This document shows positions 39,422 through 49,049 of a stretch of DNA of 64,000 nucleotides, one piece after another. A program made the translations under genes and the position numbers. The notes under the pieces were generated by a model, which was not told the DNA's origin, made no database searches, and saw only the letters and a program-made list of their open reading frames with translations. This stretch comes from a virus: positions 1-64,000 of the IMG/VR virus record IMGVR_UViG_3300030107_002709, one strand, 5' to 3'. Positions within the stretch are counted from its first letter, which is position 1. The number at the start of each line of letters is the position of its first letter.

Positions 39422-39865
39422 CTAAGAGACCTGAGCCTCTAACTTTTCTCTGGCAGCACCTGTGCCGAACCAGAATTTCTTTTGCTGATTCTCTGGAAGA
39501 ACCTTAGTAAGATTCACAACCAGTAATCCATCCTTATACTCAACATTCTCAACTTCAATAGAATCTCCTAGTTGCCAACTCCTATCAAATGATCTTGTAG
39601 CAATACCCTTATGGGTATAGGATCTCTCATCCTTTTCTTCTGCAGCTGCTTTAACTGTTAAGATGTTTTGTTCGGTGGTAACTTCGATATCTTCTCTTGA
39701 AAATCCAGCAAGAGCGATTTCCAGAACGGTTCTACCATCTCCCCCATGAAAAACATTATAGGGTGGGTAATTTTGTCCAGCTTCTGCCAGTCTTTCGAGT
39801 CTGTTGAATGTTTCATCGAATCCTAATTGAAATGGGCTATAGGTATCCCAGTATGATCTACGCAT
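39422..39865 (-). CDS. hsp20: small heat-shock protein
   Basis: YPPYN, EIALAGFS, HKGIATRSF, DGLL; AAGGAGG RBS before MRRSY. Confidence 0.93.
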   Translation of the reverse strand: MRRSYWDTYSPFQLGFDETFNRLERLAEAGQNYPPYNVFHGGDGRTVLEIALAGFSREDIEVTTEQNILTVKAAAEEKDERSYTHKGIATRSFDRSWQLGDSIEVENVEYKDGLLVVNLTKVLPENQQKKFWFGTGAAREKLEAQVS

Positions 39866-39918
39866 GGTGTCCTCCTTGAAGCGACTAATTGAATGTGACC
39901 CCGAAGGCATCACACTAC

Positions 39919-39925
39919 TATTTAA
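39919..39925 (-). promoter_or_regulatory. late-like promoter (TTAAATA) for hsp20
   Basis: Followed by a TTCG-loop leader hairpin and RBS. Confidence 0.55.
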
Positions 39926-39978
39926 GCAGTGGTGGACTGAATTTACCATGTGGTAAACCAGAAAACTGAGTACGGATG

Positions 39979-40395
39979 TTACGGTTTCTTCTTACCAATA
40001 TTATATTTGGACTCTAAAGTCCATTCACCTTTCTCTTTAAAAGATATAACTTTAATTTGATTTAATGGTGCAAGATCTCCAACATTATCCTGATTAATGA
40101 TTGTAACCAATCCCCAATCAGATAACAACTGTGTTATACGATTTCTACGCTGAACATCATTCTCTGTGATGTTTGTGTTCTTACCATCAAGTGCGAAGAG
40201 TTCCTTGAAGTGAACTATGTAATACTTTCCTTGCTTATGCAAGATGTGACACGACTGATATATCTTTCTTTCTTTTCTAGAAGCAACTCCAATTCGTGTT
40301 AATGTTTCACGAACCTTTAGGAAATCATCTGGTTCTTTGAGACCTACCTCAATCATATCAGACTGTTTCCACTGGATCTCAGTATCAACGGACAT
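39979..40395 (-). CDS. regA: translational repressor RegA
   Basis: DDFLKVRETLTRIG, QSCHILHKQG.YYIVHFKELF. Confidence 0.95.
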   Translation of the reverse strand: MSVDTEIQWKQSDMIEVGLKEPDDFLKVRETLTRIGVASRKERKIYQSCHILHKQGKYYIVHFKELFALDGKNTNITENDVQRRNRITQLLSDWGLVTIINQDNVGDLAPLNQIKVISFKEKGEWTLESKYNIGKKKP

Positions 40396-40781
40396 TATTT
40401 TCCACCTTTATGCAATGATCTTTTTATATGTTCGAGTTGATCTGTTGATAATACCCTGATTGCTTCTAGAGCCTTGGTATAACTATACCCATAATACTCA
40501 CGAACTTCATCAAGATAATCAATCGACTCTTTCTTAGACCAAGGAGAAAATCTCTTTCTAGGTCTCAGACTATTTATATAAAAGTCGTATTGCATACGCT
40601 TAGATATATGCCAATTCATATTCATCTCATTAGCAAACAATACAGTGTCTGTAAAAGATGCTAGGCACTTATTAATAATCCATGTAGGATATGAGTTCTC
40701 CAAAGATGGATCTTCATCCATCATATTCTTTTTACTTTGGTTGATACTATACAACCATGCACTTAGTTTGGGCTTGCTCAT
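40395..40781 (-). CDS. gp62: clamp loader small subunit (gp62)
   Basis: L.SIN..K, ANEMN, QYDFYINS.R.RKRF..W.K, YYGYS..KA. Confidence 0.9.
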   Translation of the reverse strand: MSKPKLSAWLYSINQSKKNMMDEDPSLENSYPTWIINKCLASFTDTVLFANEMNMNWHISKRMQYDFYINSLRPRKRFSPWSKKESIDYLDEVREYYGYSYTKALEAIRVLSTDQLEHIKRSLHKGGK

Positions 40782-41301
40782 ATGCTAAATCATTAATTAC
40801 TAAAGGAAGCAGTCTATATTCTGCTCGTTGGATACGTTGAGTCAAGGTCTCGACAGTATCATCAGGACAAATAGGAACCCTTGATTGATTTATTATAGCA
40901 CCACCGTCAAGTTCCTCGTTAACATAGTGGACAGTACATCCACTCTCTCTATCACCTGATTCTAATGCTTGTTCTACTGCATGTAAACCCTTGTACTTAG
41001 GAAGTAATGATGGGTGTACATTAATGATAGGACATGGGAACTCAGATGGTTTCTTAAGCACCCTCATATAACCTGCTAATACAACAAGATCAACCCTCCA
41101 AGCTTTGAAGAGTTGAATCATTTGATCTTCATCTTTATGTGCTACCCTACAATGAGGGATTCCAAACTTTGCTGCTCTCGCTACAGCACCACATTTCTTT
41201 GTATTGTGTATCATTAACACAATCTCATGTTTCATCTGAGGGTATCGTATAATGTTCTCGAAGTTAGTTCCTTCTCCAGAACACATGACTCCTAATCTCA
41301 T
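40747..41301 (-). CDS. purN: phosphoribosylglycinamide formyltransferase
   Basis: SGEGTN, LAGYM, INVHPSLLPKYKG, GCTVHYV.EELDGG. Confidence 0.93.
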   Translation of the reverse strand: MRLGVMCSGEGTNFENIIRYPQMKHEIVLMIHNTKKCGAVARAAKFGIPHCRVAHKDEDQMIQLFKAWRVDLVVLAGYMRVLKKPSEFPCPIINVHPSLLPKYKGLHAVEQALESGDRESGCTVHYVNEELDGGAIINQSRVPICPDDTVETLTQRIQRAEYRLLPLVINDLAYEQAQTKCMVV

Positions 41302-41636
41302 TAGTAATGATCCTCCAATCCTTCTACGGGTGTAGGTTTCCAATCCTTACCATAATATTTCTCTAAGATATTATGGTGTGGTGCATCTGTACCAACCTTC
41401 GGTGTCTTAGGTGGTGGCGGTGGAAACATCTCTAGTTGTATCTCAGGGATGGAGAATGTATCACCATCCTTTCTATGATGACAAACATAGAATGATCCAT
41501 CCTCTTTTTGATATAAGAAGTCTGCCTCATGTGAACTTAGCAGAAGCATCTTAGTAATTTTATCACCTTTTTCAATCATAGACATCATAAGGTCCATTAA
41601 GTTTTCTTTGATGTTCTCTCTCATCAAGAACCTCAT
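41301..41636 (-). CDS. hypothetical protein
   Basis: ORF track; true start probably downstream (MMSMIEKGDK). Confidence 0.55.
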   Translation of the reverse strand: MRFLMRENIKENLMDLMMSMIEKGDKITKMLLLSSHEADFLYQKEDGSFYVCHHRKDGDTFSIPEIQLEMFPPPPPKTPKVGTDAPHHNILEKYYGKDWKPTPVEGLEDHY

Positions 41637-41802
41637 TGATTAAATCTTTGAGTTCCTCTTTGAGTTTTGGTTCAATCAAAGTTAATGGTGTAGGATTAAA
41701 TGGTGGATAGATTGGTTCACCATTTTCATCACGTGGGTATATGTTATCTGTACAACCTTCGGTTGCCTCACCACTCATACCCTGAGTGTCTATTTTTCCC
41801 AT
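41572..41802 (-). CDS. hypothetical protein
   Basis: KIDTQGMS...LK.LINEVLDERE; AGGAG RBS upstream. Confidence 0.65.
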   Translation of the reverse strand: MGKIDTQGMSGEATEGCTDNIYPRDENGEPIYPPFNPTPLTLIEPKLKEELKDLINEVLDEREHQRKLNGPYDVYD

Positions 41803-41954
41803 GTGATTAACTCCTTATACTTATGGTATAATTTGCCACATTTTGGTTCAGTGTCACGAGACTTCCACAATTGCTGTATGATCTCTCGCATGTCATCTAT
41901 AGGGACAACAACAGATAGAGGTTCTTTTTCCTCAGTGATAATAACTTCAGCCAT
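41790..41954 (-). CDS. small hypothetical protein (54 aa)
   Basis: Translated by hand: MAEVIITEEKEPLSVVVP...LWKSR.TEPK. Confidence 0.55.
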   Translation of the reverse strand: MAEVIITEEKEPLSVVVPIDDMREIIQQLWKSRDTEPKCGKLYHKYKELITWEK

Positions 41955-42097
41955 TAGTTGAAAACTGCGTTAACAGACATAACTTTTGCATTAGGATTTC
42001 TAGCCAGTGCTACTTGCCTAGCTTCCTCATAATTTCTAGCGATCACAGTCTCACTAAAGACTGTTCCAGCGACATAGAGTTTGACTTCACACTTCAT
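41954..42097 (-). CDS. small conserved cyanophage protein (47 aa)
   Basis: Translated by hand: MKCEVKLYVAGTVFSETVIARNYEEARQVALARNPNAKVMSVNAVFN. Confidence 0.65.
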   Translation of the reverse strand: MKCEVKLYVAGTVFSETVIARNYEEARQVALARNPNAKVMSVNAVFN

Positions 42098-42932
42098 AAT
42101 TTGTAAGGACTAGTTCCTTCCTTGATGCTTGATCTTTATTATAGCATCCTACAGACCTCATGGTGTAAGTATGTGCAAATTCTCCAACTGTCCACTCTTT
42201 GAAACGATCCTTAACAATCTGGTCAGAGTTGTAAGATATTAACATGTTGGAAGTATACTCATCACAATCCTTAGCGAACTTATCATGATCAAACTTCTTA
42301 TGCATACCACCCTTTCTACCATATAGATTATCTTTAATATCATATGGTGGATCCATGTATACAAAGTGACCCTTCTTATCCCAATCATTAACTAACAAGC
42401 TTTCATAAGAATGACTGGTTATTATCCAACTCTCAATGAGTTCTTGATACTCGCTAAGTCGCTTAATCCCTCTAAGGGAGAAGTTGGATTCACTGGCTTG
42501 TTCTGAGAACGAGGAAGACTCAGTAAGACCACTAAAGGAACACTTATTAACGATATAAAAAGCGATGGCACGAGCAATTTCCGATTCTTCTGGATCATTA
42601 ATAACCTCCTTCATTGATTGAAATAAACATCTAGCAGAATCTGGATTGCAATGAACTCCTTTCAAGTTCTCCAGTTCCTTCTGCATCTCTGAACCATTAT
42701 GTTGTAACTGACACCAGAAGTTATACAATGGTTCATATAAATCATTAACCCACACCTTAATGTGAGGATATCTCTTTGTTACTTCTAATGCTACAGAACC
42801 ACCACCTATAAATGGTTCACGATATTCACCATAGTTTTTAAGATCAGGAAAGAACTGGAACAGTTTAGATAGTGCTCTAGACTTACCACCTGGATATCTT
42901 AAAGGTGTCTTTAAAGATTTACTTGTAATCAT
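42087..42932 (-). CDS. dam: DNA adenine methyltransferase (Dam/D12 family)
   Basis: PLRYPGGKS, EPFIGGGSV, VYMDPPY. Confidence 0.92.
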   Translation of the reverse strand: MITSKSLKTPLRYPGGKSRALSKLFQFFPDLKNYGEYREPFIGGGSVALEVTKRYPHIKVWVNDLYEPLYNFWCQLQHNGSEMQKELENLKGVHCNPDSARCLFQSMKEVINDPEESEIARAIAFYIVNKCSFSGLTESSSFSEQASESNFSLRGIKRLSEYQELIESWIITSHSYESLLVNDWDKKGHFVYMDPPYDIKDNLYGRKGGMHKKFDHDKFAKDCDEYTSNMLISYNSDQIVKDRFKEWTVGEFAHTYTMRSVGCYNKDQASRKELVLTNYEV

Positions 42933-43873
42933 TTCCACTCCACTCCTAACATAATCTCAGTTAAACATGCTAGAGTATTAATCTCTTGGTCAGCAACGAA
43001 CTGAATCTGATATTGATACTTTGCTATGATGATAACAATGTTTGGTATGGATCTACCAGTAGCATGTTCATACATTGTATCATAGATCCTTCTCATAATG
43101 TGATGGGGATCATGATCCATATGTTGAGTTACCCACTCCTTGACCAACTTATAATTACGATCCTTCATTGCTCTAATGAGATCATACACACCTATGTCTG
43201 CTATATCTGTTAGGATATCTGCCTCTATCTTACCCTTGGCTGCATGTCTCTGTGTCTCATTAAGTAACCTTCTCCAGTCAGGATAATATCTCTTAATCAG
43301 TTTAGCAGTAACCTTATCACTAGACTCAACAGACTCACTCTTAAGGATCTCTCTGAGTCTCTCAAAGAACTGAGAACTTAGTTCTGTCTTCTCAGCATTA
43401 TTAATCTTAAAATCAATAACAGTACATCTTGATTTGATAGGATCAATCAAACGATTAACGAAGTTACAAGTAAAGATAAACCTACAGTTCTTATGATACT
43501 CCTCTATTGCTGCTCTAAGGATCATCTGGACATCAGAAGTCATATTGTCTGCCTCATCCAGTATGACCACCTTGTGAGTCTTTGTAGAGGTCAATGAGAC
43601 TGTAGTAGCAAATTGCTTTACTCTAGTTCGGATAGTATCAATCGATCTACCCTCATCCGATCCGTTAATAATAATGTAAGAAGCACCTAACTGATCACAC
43701 AAAGCTCGAGCTACTGTGGTCTTGCCTATACCAGCACTACCAGACAATAAAAGGTTAGGGATCTCACCTTGATCTAGGAAACCAAGGAAAGATCTCTTTA
43801 AACCATCTGGTAGGATACAATCATTAATAGTCTTGGGTCGATATTTCTCAACCCAAAGGAATTCATTCTTCAT
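42929..43873 (-). CDS. gp44: clamp loader large subunit (gp44)
   Basis: WVEKYRP, GSAGIGKTT, LDEAD, SRC. Confidence 0.96.
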   Translation of the reverse strand: MKNEFLWVEKYRPKTINDCILPDGLKRSFLGFLDQGEIPNLLLSGSAGIGKTTVARALCDQLGASYIIINGSDEGRSIDTIRTRVKQFATTVSLTSTKTHKVVILDEADNMTSDVQMILRAAIEEYHKNCRFIFTCNFVNRLIDPIKSRCTVIDFKINNAEKTELSSQFFERLREILKSESVESSDKVTAKLIKRYYPDWRRLLNETQRHAAKGKIEADILTDIADIGVYDLIRAMKDRNYKLVKEWVTQHMDHDPHHIMRRIYDTMYEHATGRSIPNIVIIIAKYQYQIQFVADQEINTLACLTEIMLGVEWK

Positions 43874-44054
43874 CAGGTCTCATTTCAATAACACCACTTG
43901 ATCTCATCTCATGGTATCGATTACGAATCTGGTCTTTAAACCAGGCGGATCTATTACTAGCAAGATCATACTTAACAAGCTCATCCAATATCTTAAGAAG
44001 ATCTGCTTCCTGTTTAGTGAATGATATGTTTATTATTAATTTCTTTTCACTCAT
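43863..44054 (-). CDS. ribbon-helix-helix-like small DNA-binding protein
   Basis: INISF strand, helix, then NRSAWFKDQI helix. Confidence 0.5.
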   Translation of the reverse strand: MSEKKLIINISFTKQEADLLKILDELVKYDLASNRSAWFKDQIRNRYHEMRSSGVIEMRPDEE

Positions 44055-44746
44055 TGTGGTTCTAAAGCAACGTAATACTTTAAGTTAACATCTTGAGATC
44101 CCTCCCAATCACTAACCACCCACTCAGATAAAAGATGTTCTGATACAGATACCCTATAAGATGCTTTAGGATATACACGTAAGTTATCAACCTTCATATT
44201 AAGATCATACTCACCTGTAGTAGTAGCATTAGGAAGATCAAATCTACATGAGTTACTAGTATCCATCTCCTTATCAGAGAAGTTAATGAAAGAAGAAGTA
44301 CCATCACTACAGAATGATAGATCCCTAAAACCAAACTTACCTGAGATATTCAATCCCTTATTAAGTAAGGACTTGTCCAGATCAAACCCCATGTTTGAAC
44401 CAGGAAATCTAACAGACTTATCAGGAGCTACCTTAAGGGTAATCTCTGGATCACTGTAATAATATTTGATTGCTATGTTATTACCACGAAGAACAACATA
44501 GTCCTCGTTACCAAACTCTAGTGTTGGATCATCTAAGATTCTTAAACCAGATAGAAACTGACTTAAGTCATAGATTGCAAAGTCTTGTGGGAAGTATTCC
44601 TCACACTCATACTCTGCTAGGATGTTCTCTGCATTAGAGATAGTCTTAATGATGTTCCCCTTCTTGAATACTATAGAGGAATTAATTGTTGCGAAGTTCT
44701 CAAGGACTGAGAACGTCAGTTCTGATAAATGTACTTTACTTGTCAT
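44051..44746 (-). CDS. gp45: sliding clamp (gp45)
   Basis: L.NFATIN.SI, FAIYDL.QFL, YYVALEP. Confidence 0.92.
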   Translation of the reverse strand: MTSKVHLSELTFSVLENFATINSSIVFKKGNIIKTISNAENILAEYECEEYFPQDFAIYDLSQFLSGLRILDDPTLEFGNEDYVVLRGNNIAIKYYYSDPEITLKVAPDKSVRFPGSNMGFDLDKSLLNKGLNISGKFGFRDLSFCSDGTSSFINFSDKEMDTSNSCRFDLPNATTTGEYDLNMKVDNLRVYPKASYRVSVSEHLLSEWVVSDWEGSQDVNLKYYVALEPQ

Positions 44747-45053
44747 AATCTACGGTAAATGCAGTAGCTCCAGTTTGTGCCTTTTGGTATGCAGCAGTCT
44801 TATCATTGAAGTGAAGAAGTAACACAGCATAATGAATAATCTTGATGATGTCCTTTCTGCTTGTACCCTTCCTATCATACCGTGAAGCATATTTCAATAT
44901 GTTAGACCTACAGAATGCTTCTGCGTCACCTACTGAGTCAATCAGGTCAAGTGTTTGAACATTACCTGCTGAGTAGTGACCCCTGTATGTCTGACTGATA
45001 TAATCCGAGACCTCTTTCAGGATCTCACTTTCATTGTATTTCAACGGTTCCAT
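44736..45053 (-). CDS. DUF3310-like protein (possible nucleotide kinase)
   Basis: TY..HY, F..SNILKYASRY..KG...DI.KIIHYA. Confidence 0.65.
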   Translation of the reverse strand: MEPLKYNESEILKEVSDYISQTYRGHYSAGNVQTLDLIDSVGDAEAFCRSNILKYASRYDRKGTSRKDIIKIIHYAVLLLHFNDKTAAYQKAQTGATAFTVDYDK

Positions 45054-45217
45054 ACGTATTGTATCTTATCATGATAACATTCAAATTCGATTCCGTCAAG
45101 ACTTTTTAGCTTAATTTTATGTAAAGGACTGGAAGGAGCTCCCACCCCTTCCAAAATCATTCCAGACCTACCATCAGTCAAGGTAGCCCAATGTCCTAGG
45201 TATCCGTTTTTACTCAT
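45041..45217 (-). CDS. small hypothetical protein (58 aa)
   Basis: Translated by hand: MSKNGYLGHWATLTDGRSGMILEG...; ATGA overlap with upstream ORF. Confidence 0.6.
   Translation of the reverse strand: MSKNGYLGHWATLTDGRSGMILEGVGAPSSPLHKIKLKSLDGIEFECYHDKIQYVWNR
45071..45099 (-). promoter_or_regulatory. sigma70-like promoter upstream of the gp45 operon
   Basis: TTGACG-17nt-TATCAT with extended TG. Confidence 0.7.
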
Positions 45218-45648
45218 AGTAGTGCCTCCAAACCTTCGTTTACTAAACCTTTAGTTTTTATACTATCGTAAATCAATACAGCTGATTTCATCTTAGTAAC
45301 ATATTGTTTTCCTACTCTAACTCTCTTCTTTAATTGATCTACACTTGCTACAATAATACTATCATCAATAGTATTGTGGACAACAAGGTAATCAAACTCC
45401 TTACATGTATAATCTCCTGTACCTTTGTTTCTCTTTCTTCTGAGATCAAGTGTATTAGGATTATACCTCTTCAACATGGGTGAGAATCTTTTGACTTGTA
45501 TCTTTTTCTTATTCTTGTTAACCATGAAATCCCACCCATAATCTAAAGTTGGTTGAATCAATTGGTATGATTCATCTTCAATGAATTCATACCATTTCTT
45601 CTGGAAGTGACACTCACTTGCGATTCCCCTTAATCTATGCGGTCTCAT
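45214..45648 (-). CDS. free-standing PD-(D/E)XK endonuclease (I-Ssp6803I-like homing endonuclease)
   Basis: RG..SE, YGWDF, KIQVK, Y...EFDYLVV; Lys-rich. Confidence 0.65.
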   Translation of the reverse strand: MRPHRLRGIASECHFQKKWYEFIEDESYQLIQPTLDYGWDFMVNKNKKKIQVKRFSPMLKRYNPNTLDLRRKRNKGTGDYTCKEFDYLVVHNTIDDSIIVASVDQLKKRVRVGKQYVTKMKSAVLIYDSIKTKGLVNEGLEALL

Positions 45649-46732
45649 CGTTTGACTCCTCCTCTAGATCTACTTTAGCATCAATCTTATCATATAGATC
45701 AACAAAGGACTGCTTAGTCTCTTCATCAAATCTATTTACACATACTTGGATCGCTTTAACACGATTGTTCCAGATTGCAAAGGCACGAATGATGTGTACC
45801 AATCTACGTGTTGAGATAACCTCATCGATACCACCATCACGGAATGTTCTACGGATGATATCAGACCAGTTAGCAAGATTCTCGCAGAACTCTTCATCAA
45901 GTACACCTAAGTTAGCAGATACTTTCTCAAGGATCTTTTGCTCAGTCTTAGGAGTAGGATACTCTTGCTCAAAGGTTAAGGCGAATCGCTCAAGGAAGGC
46001 TTCGTTGAGCACGTTAGTTCCAATAAAACGTCCATCATCTGAACCCTTACCTTTTGTGTTTGCTGTTGCGATGATGTTGAATCCTGATTTTGGTCGAACG
46101 AACCTCCCAACCTTTTTAAGGAAAACACCTTTTCCTTCAAGGATTGATTGAAGGCAGAGGATCTTGTTTGAGGCAAGGTCGATTTCGTCAAGGAGCAAGA
46201 CAGCTCCTCTGTTGAGAGCTTGAATAACTGGACCATCGTGCCAGACGGTTGCACCGTCAACAAGACGGAACCCACCAATGAGATCATCTTCATCTGTTTC
46301 TATTGTAATATTTACTCTAACCAATTCTCTTCCTAACTGAGCACATGCTTGCTCTACACTAAGTGTCTTACCATTACCAGATAGTCCAGTAATGAATGTA
46401 GGATAGAACATCTTGGAACTGATGATTTTCTTTACATCAGAGAAGTTACCAAAAGGTACATAGTTTGGATCTTTCTGTGGAACTAGATTCTGCTCTATTG
46501 CTGGTGTTGCTGGTAGTCCCTCATAGACTCTCTCCAACTTCTCAGCAACAGTAAGGTTCCACTTACCTAGACCTGTTTTAAAATCTTTTAAACGCTTACT
46601 AACAGTTTGATAACCTAGATCAAAGTGAGCAGAAGCTTGACGTAACTGAGATGCATTGATCTCTGTTCCGAATTTTTCTTGTAAGTAACCCTTAATATCT
46701 TCTGTGGTTACTGGTGATGGAGCGAAAGGCAT
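45635..46732 (-). CDS. cobS: MoxR/CobS-like AAA+ ATPase
   Basis: GLSGNGKT, LLLDEID, ATANTKG, EAFLERF, ISTRRL. Confidence 0.9.
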   Translation of the reverse strand: MPFAPSPVTTEDIKGYLQEKFGTEINASQLRQASAHFDLGYQTVSKRLKDFKTGLGKWNLTVAEKLERVYEGLPATPAIEQNLVPQKDPNYVPFGNFSDVKKIISSKMFYPTFITGLSGNGKTLSVEQACAQLGRELVRVNITIETDEDDLIGGFRLVDGATVWHDGPVIQALNRGAVLLLDEIDLASNKILCLQSILEGKGVFLKKVGRFVRPKSGFNIIATANTKGKGSDDGRFIGTNVLNEAFLERFALTFEQEYPTPKTEQKILEKVSANLGVLDEEFCENLANWSDIIRRTFRDGGIDEVISTRRLVHIIRAFAIWNNRVKAIQVCVNRFDEETKQSFVDLYDKIDAKVDLEEESNDETA

Positions 46733-46755
46733 TGGATTTTGTTCTGTATGTTATA

Positions 46756-46799
46756 AGTATAATGGATTGTTTGGATTTGTGGGGGAAGGGAGGACAGTT
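46756..46799 (-). promoter_or_regulatory. early-type promoter with upstream AACTGTCCTC motif
   Basis: Motif-28nt-TATACT; no canonical -35. Confidence 0.6.
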
Positions 46800-46801
46800 T
46801 G

Positions 46802-49027
46802 TTAACTGACCATCCCTATGAATGAACTTAGGATCTTCTTGTTGTTTGACTTACTTCCTAGCATCTTCTTGAATGCTCTGGAAATATCACCCTTCTTAGC
46901 ACCTTCCTTAACTTCAAACTCAACCTCATTTTCTAAAGCTTTATCCTGAAGGGCATAGAGTTCAGTGAATCCCATAGGATTAGGGATAACAACTGCCTTA
47001 TCCTTTCTCCATTGCTTTTGTATATCATAGTAGTTTGAAGTACTGTAACGATGTACAAAGTTTTGTAAGTGTCCACCAGGAAGGATTCTAAACCCTACTA
47101 TGTTAACACCAGGATTACGATCTTTAACTTGAGTTATCAAAGTCGTTGTTACTTCTGTATAAGAGTCACGGAATTGAGGATAGACTCTACCAGTCTTACG
47201 ATCACGTAAAGCATTTGCCTCACCCATTCTTGAGCAAGATATTCTCTCTTCATCTCCATCGTAACTATAAGTTTTTCTACCATAAGTTATCATGCTACTC
47301 TCACCATCAGTAAGAATGCATACATTAACTTTCTCTAGATCATTCTCTTGCTTGAATGTTGGTATGATGCTATTGAGTGAAACAATTGCTTCATTCAATG
47401 GAGTACCTGATAATTCTAATCCTACTGTTGGTGAATAGAAACTATTTCTATGACCTTGATAAAGCCAAGCTTCTCTCCAAACATTGATGCACTGTCTCTC
47501 ATAGTTACGTGCATTACTACGAGATGAGATAAGGTTAACCATGTTGAAGTTATTACTATCAACATAGATTTCTCCTATTACAGGTTGAGATTCCTCATTG
47601 TCTCTTTCCCATCTGTAATTACCAGGTTGAGTATTAGGGTTGTTTTTAATTCTATTAACTATTCTCCACTCATTTGTGAAAGCATATACTTCAAATGGTA
47701 TCTGAACTTTCTTGCAGAAGGCAGTAAGATTTAATAGCTGCTTAACAGTTGAATAGATTGTAGGAGCCATAGATCCAGACCAATCTAAAACAAATAAGAG
47801 ACCATGATTCTTACCATCAGGTAAGATTGTTATCTTCTTGAAAAGGTCTTCGTTATATTTGTAAGTGTGTAACCTTGCTGTGTCCAGTACTCCAGTCCTA
47901 GAAGTAGCAGCACGAGCATAAGCACTGGCAGACTTTCTGCACTCAAATTCTTTAACAAGATAGTTTACCTCCTTTTGTGATTGCTTGCGGAACTTACGAT
48001 ACTCTGCATCAGGTGAACTGTAAACAAAAGATTCTACATTACCTTTATGTTCTGGTACATTCTTAGATACAAAATCCTTAAGGTGTTCAGCACTTTCTAC
48101 GAAGTCTTTTCTACCAGAATCTATCCAGTCATGTACTTCAGTCCAGTCAACAACAATATTATCTATGTTAAGGTTTTTAGGTAACTCAACATAAGATATT
48201 GTACGACTGTTATAATTGTTTGCATTTAATTTTTTGGTTTGCTCATCAAATGCTTTCTGTGTACGTGATTGCTCTGAGTTGTGATCACCACCTCTAGTAG
48301 ATCCTTCTGTAATATCATCATCACCTTCACCTTCCTCTTCATCATCACCACTTCCATCAGAAGAAGTTTGATCAGTCTCTTCAGTTTCAGGTGTTGGTTC
48401 TGACTGCTGATTCTCTAACTCACCAGTTCCTTCTTTAGATGAATTGTTAGGTAGAGATTCTTTTGCAGCATTCTCTTCCATCTGCTTCTGATAAGCATAT
48501 ACTTCCTTTGCAAGCTCAATAACTTCTTCAAATGTTTCTGTAGATTCTGCTTTAAGAACAAAGACCATCTCTTCTGCTGTGAATGGAATCATAGCAGTAG
48601 CACCAACCTTAGCATTAAGGTTGATACGGTCAATCAAAAGGAAAGTTTTTAAATTCTCACCACCAATCTCAAAGAAATCTCTATCATCAAGCTCTGCATA
48701 ACCTCTAGCAAAAGTCTTAGTGAGACCAGGATACTTACGCTTCATCAATTTCTCGATGCGTACATCCTCAATCACATTGATGTAATCTTTAGGGCAGTCT
48801 GCATCTTGTGTCCAATCATAGTTGGGTGTATATAATGCATGTCCTACCTCGTGACCTACTAGAAGATCATACACAGTGTTTGTAGCGAAGTCCCACTGTG
48901 GTAGTTCAAGTACTCTCCTCTGTACATCAAATGATGCTGTTGTACAAGTGCTGTTATGCTCTACTATAAGGTTCTCAGTAGCAAGCAATCTTGCAAGGTT
49001 TCCTTTGATTTCGTGCTGTAGAGTCAT
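46802..49027 (-). CDS. CobT-like protein: HExxH domain + acidic linker + vWA domain
   Basis: HEVGH, NVIED.RIE, DWSGS...TP...LTDGE MIDAS. Confidence 0.85.
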   Translation of the reverse strand: MTLQHEIKGNLARLLATENLIVEHNSTCTTASFDVQRRVLELPQWDFATNTVYDLLVGHEVGHALYTPNYDWTQDADCPKDYINVIEDVRIEKLMKRKYPGLTKTFARGYAELDDRDFFEIGGENLKTFLLIDRINLNAKVGATAMIPFTAEEMVFVLKAESTETFEEVIELAKEVYAYQKQMEENAAKESLPNNSSKEGTGELENQQSEPTPETEETDQTSSDGSGDDEEEGEGDDDITEGSTRGGDHNSEQSRTQKAFDEQTKKLNANNYNSRTISYVELPKNLNIDNIVVDWTEVHDWIDSGRKDFVESAEHLKDFVSKNVPEHKGNVESFVYSSPDAEYRKFRKQSQKEVNYLVKEFECRKSASAYARAATSRTGVLDTARLHTYKYNEDLFKKITILPDGKNHGLLFVLDWSGSMAPTIYSTVKQLLNLTAFCKKVQIPFEVYAFTNEWRIVNRIKNNPNTQPGNYRWERDNEESQPVIGEIYVDSNNFNMVNLISSRSNARNYERQCINVWREAWLYQGHRNSFYSPTVGLELSGTPLNEAIVSLNSIIPTFKQENDLEKVNVCILTDGESSMITYGRKTYSYDGDEERISCSRMGEANALRDRKTGRVYPQFRDSYTEVTTTLITQVKDRNPGVNIVGFRILPGGHLQNFVHRYSTSNYYDIQKQWRKDKAVVIPNPMGFTELYALQDKALENEVEFEVKEGAKKGDISRAFKKMLGSKSNNKKILSSFIGMVS

Positions 49028-49049
49028 GCTGTTCGTGTCTTATGTACCT

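Noticed and set aside
40572-40579. TATAAATA inside gp62
   Set aside because: Explained by the conserved FYINS codons and ~180 nt from the next start; function cannot be supported
45618-46151. 177-aa + strand ORF
   Set aside because: Codon-aligned antisense shadow of the AAA+ ATPase gene
45635-46732. Cobalamin biosynthesis role implied by the name cobS
   Set aside because: No cobN or other cob genes in the window; the motifs establish only a MoxR-type AAA+ ATPase
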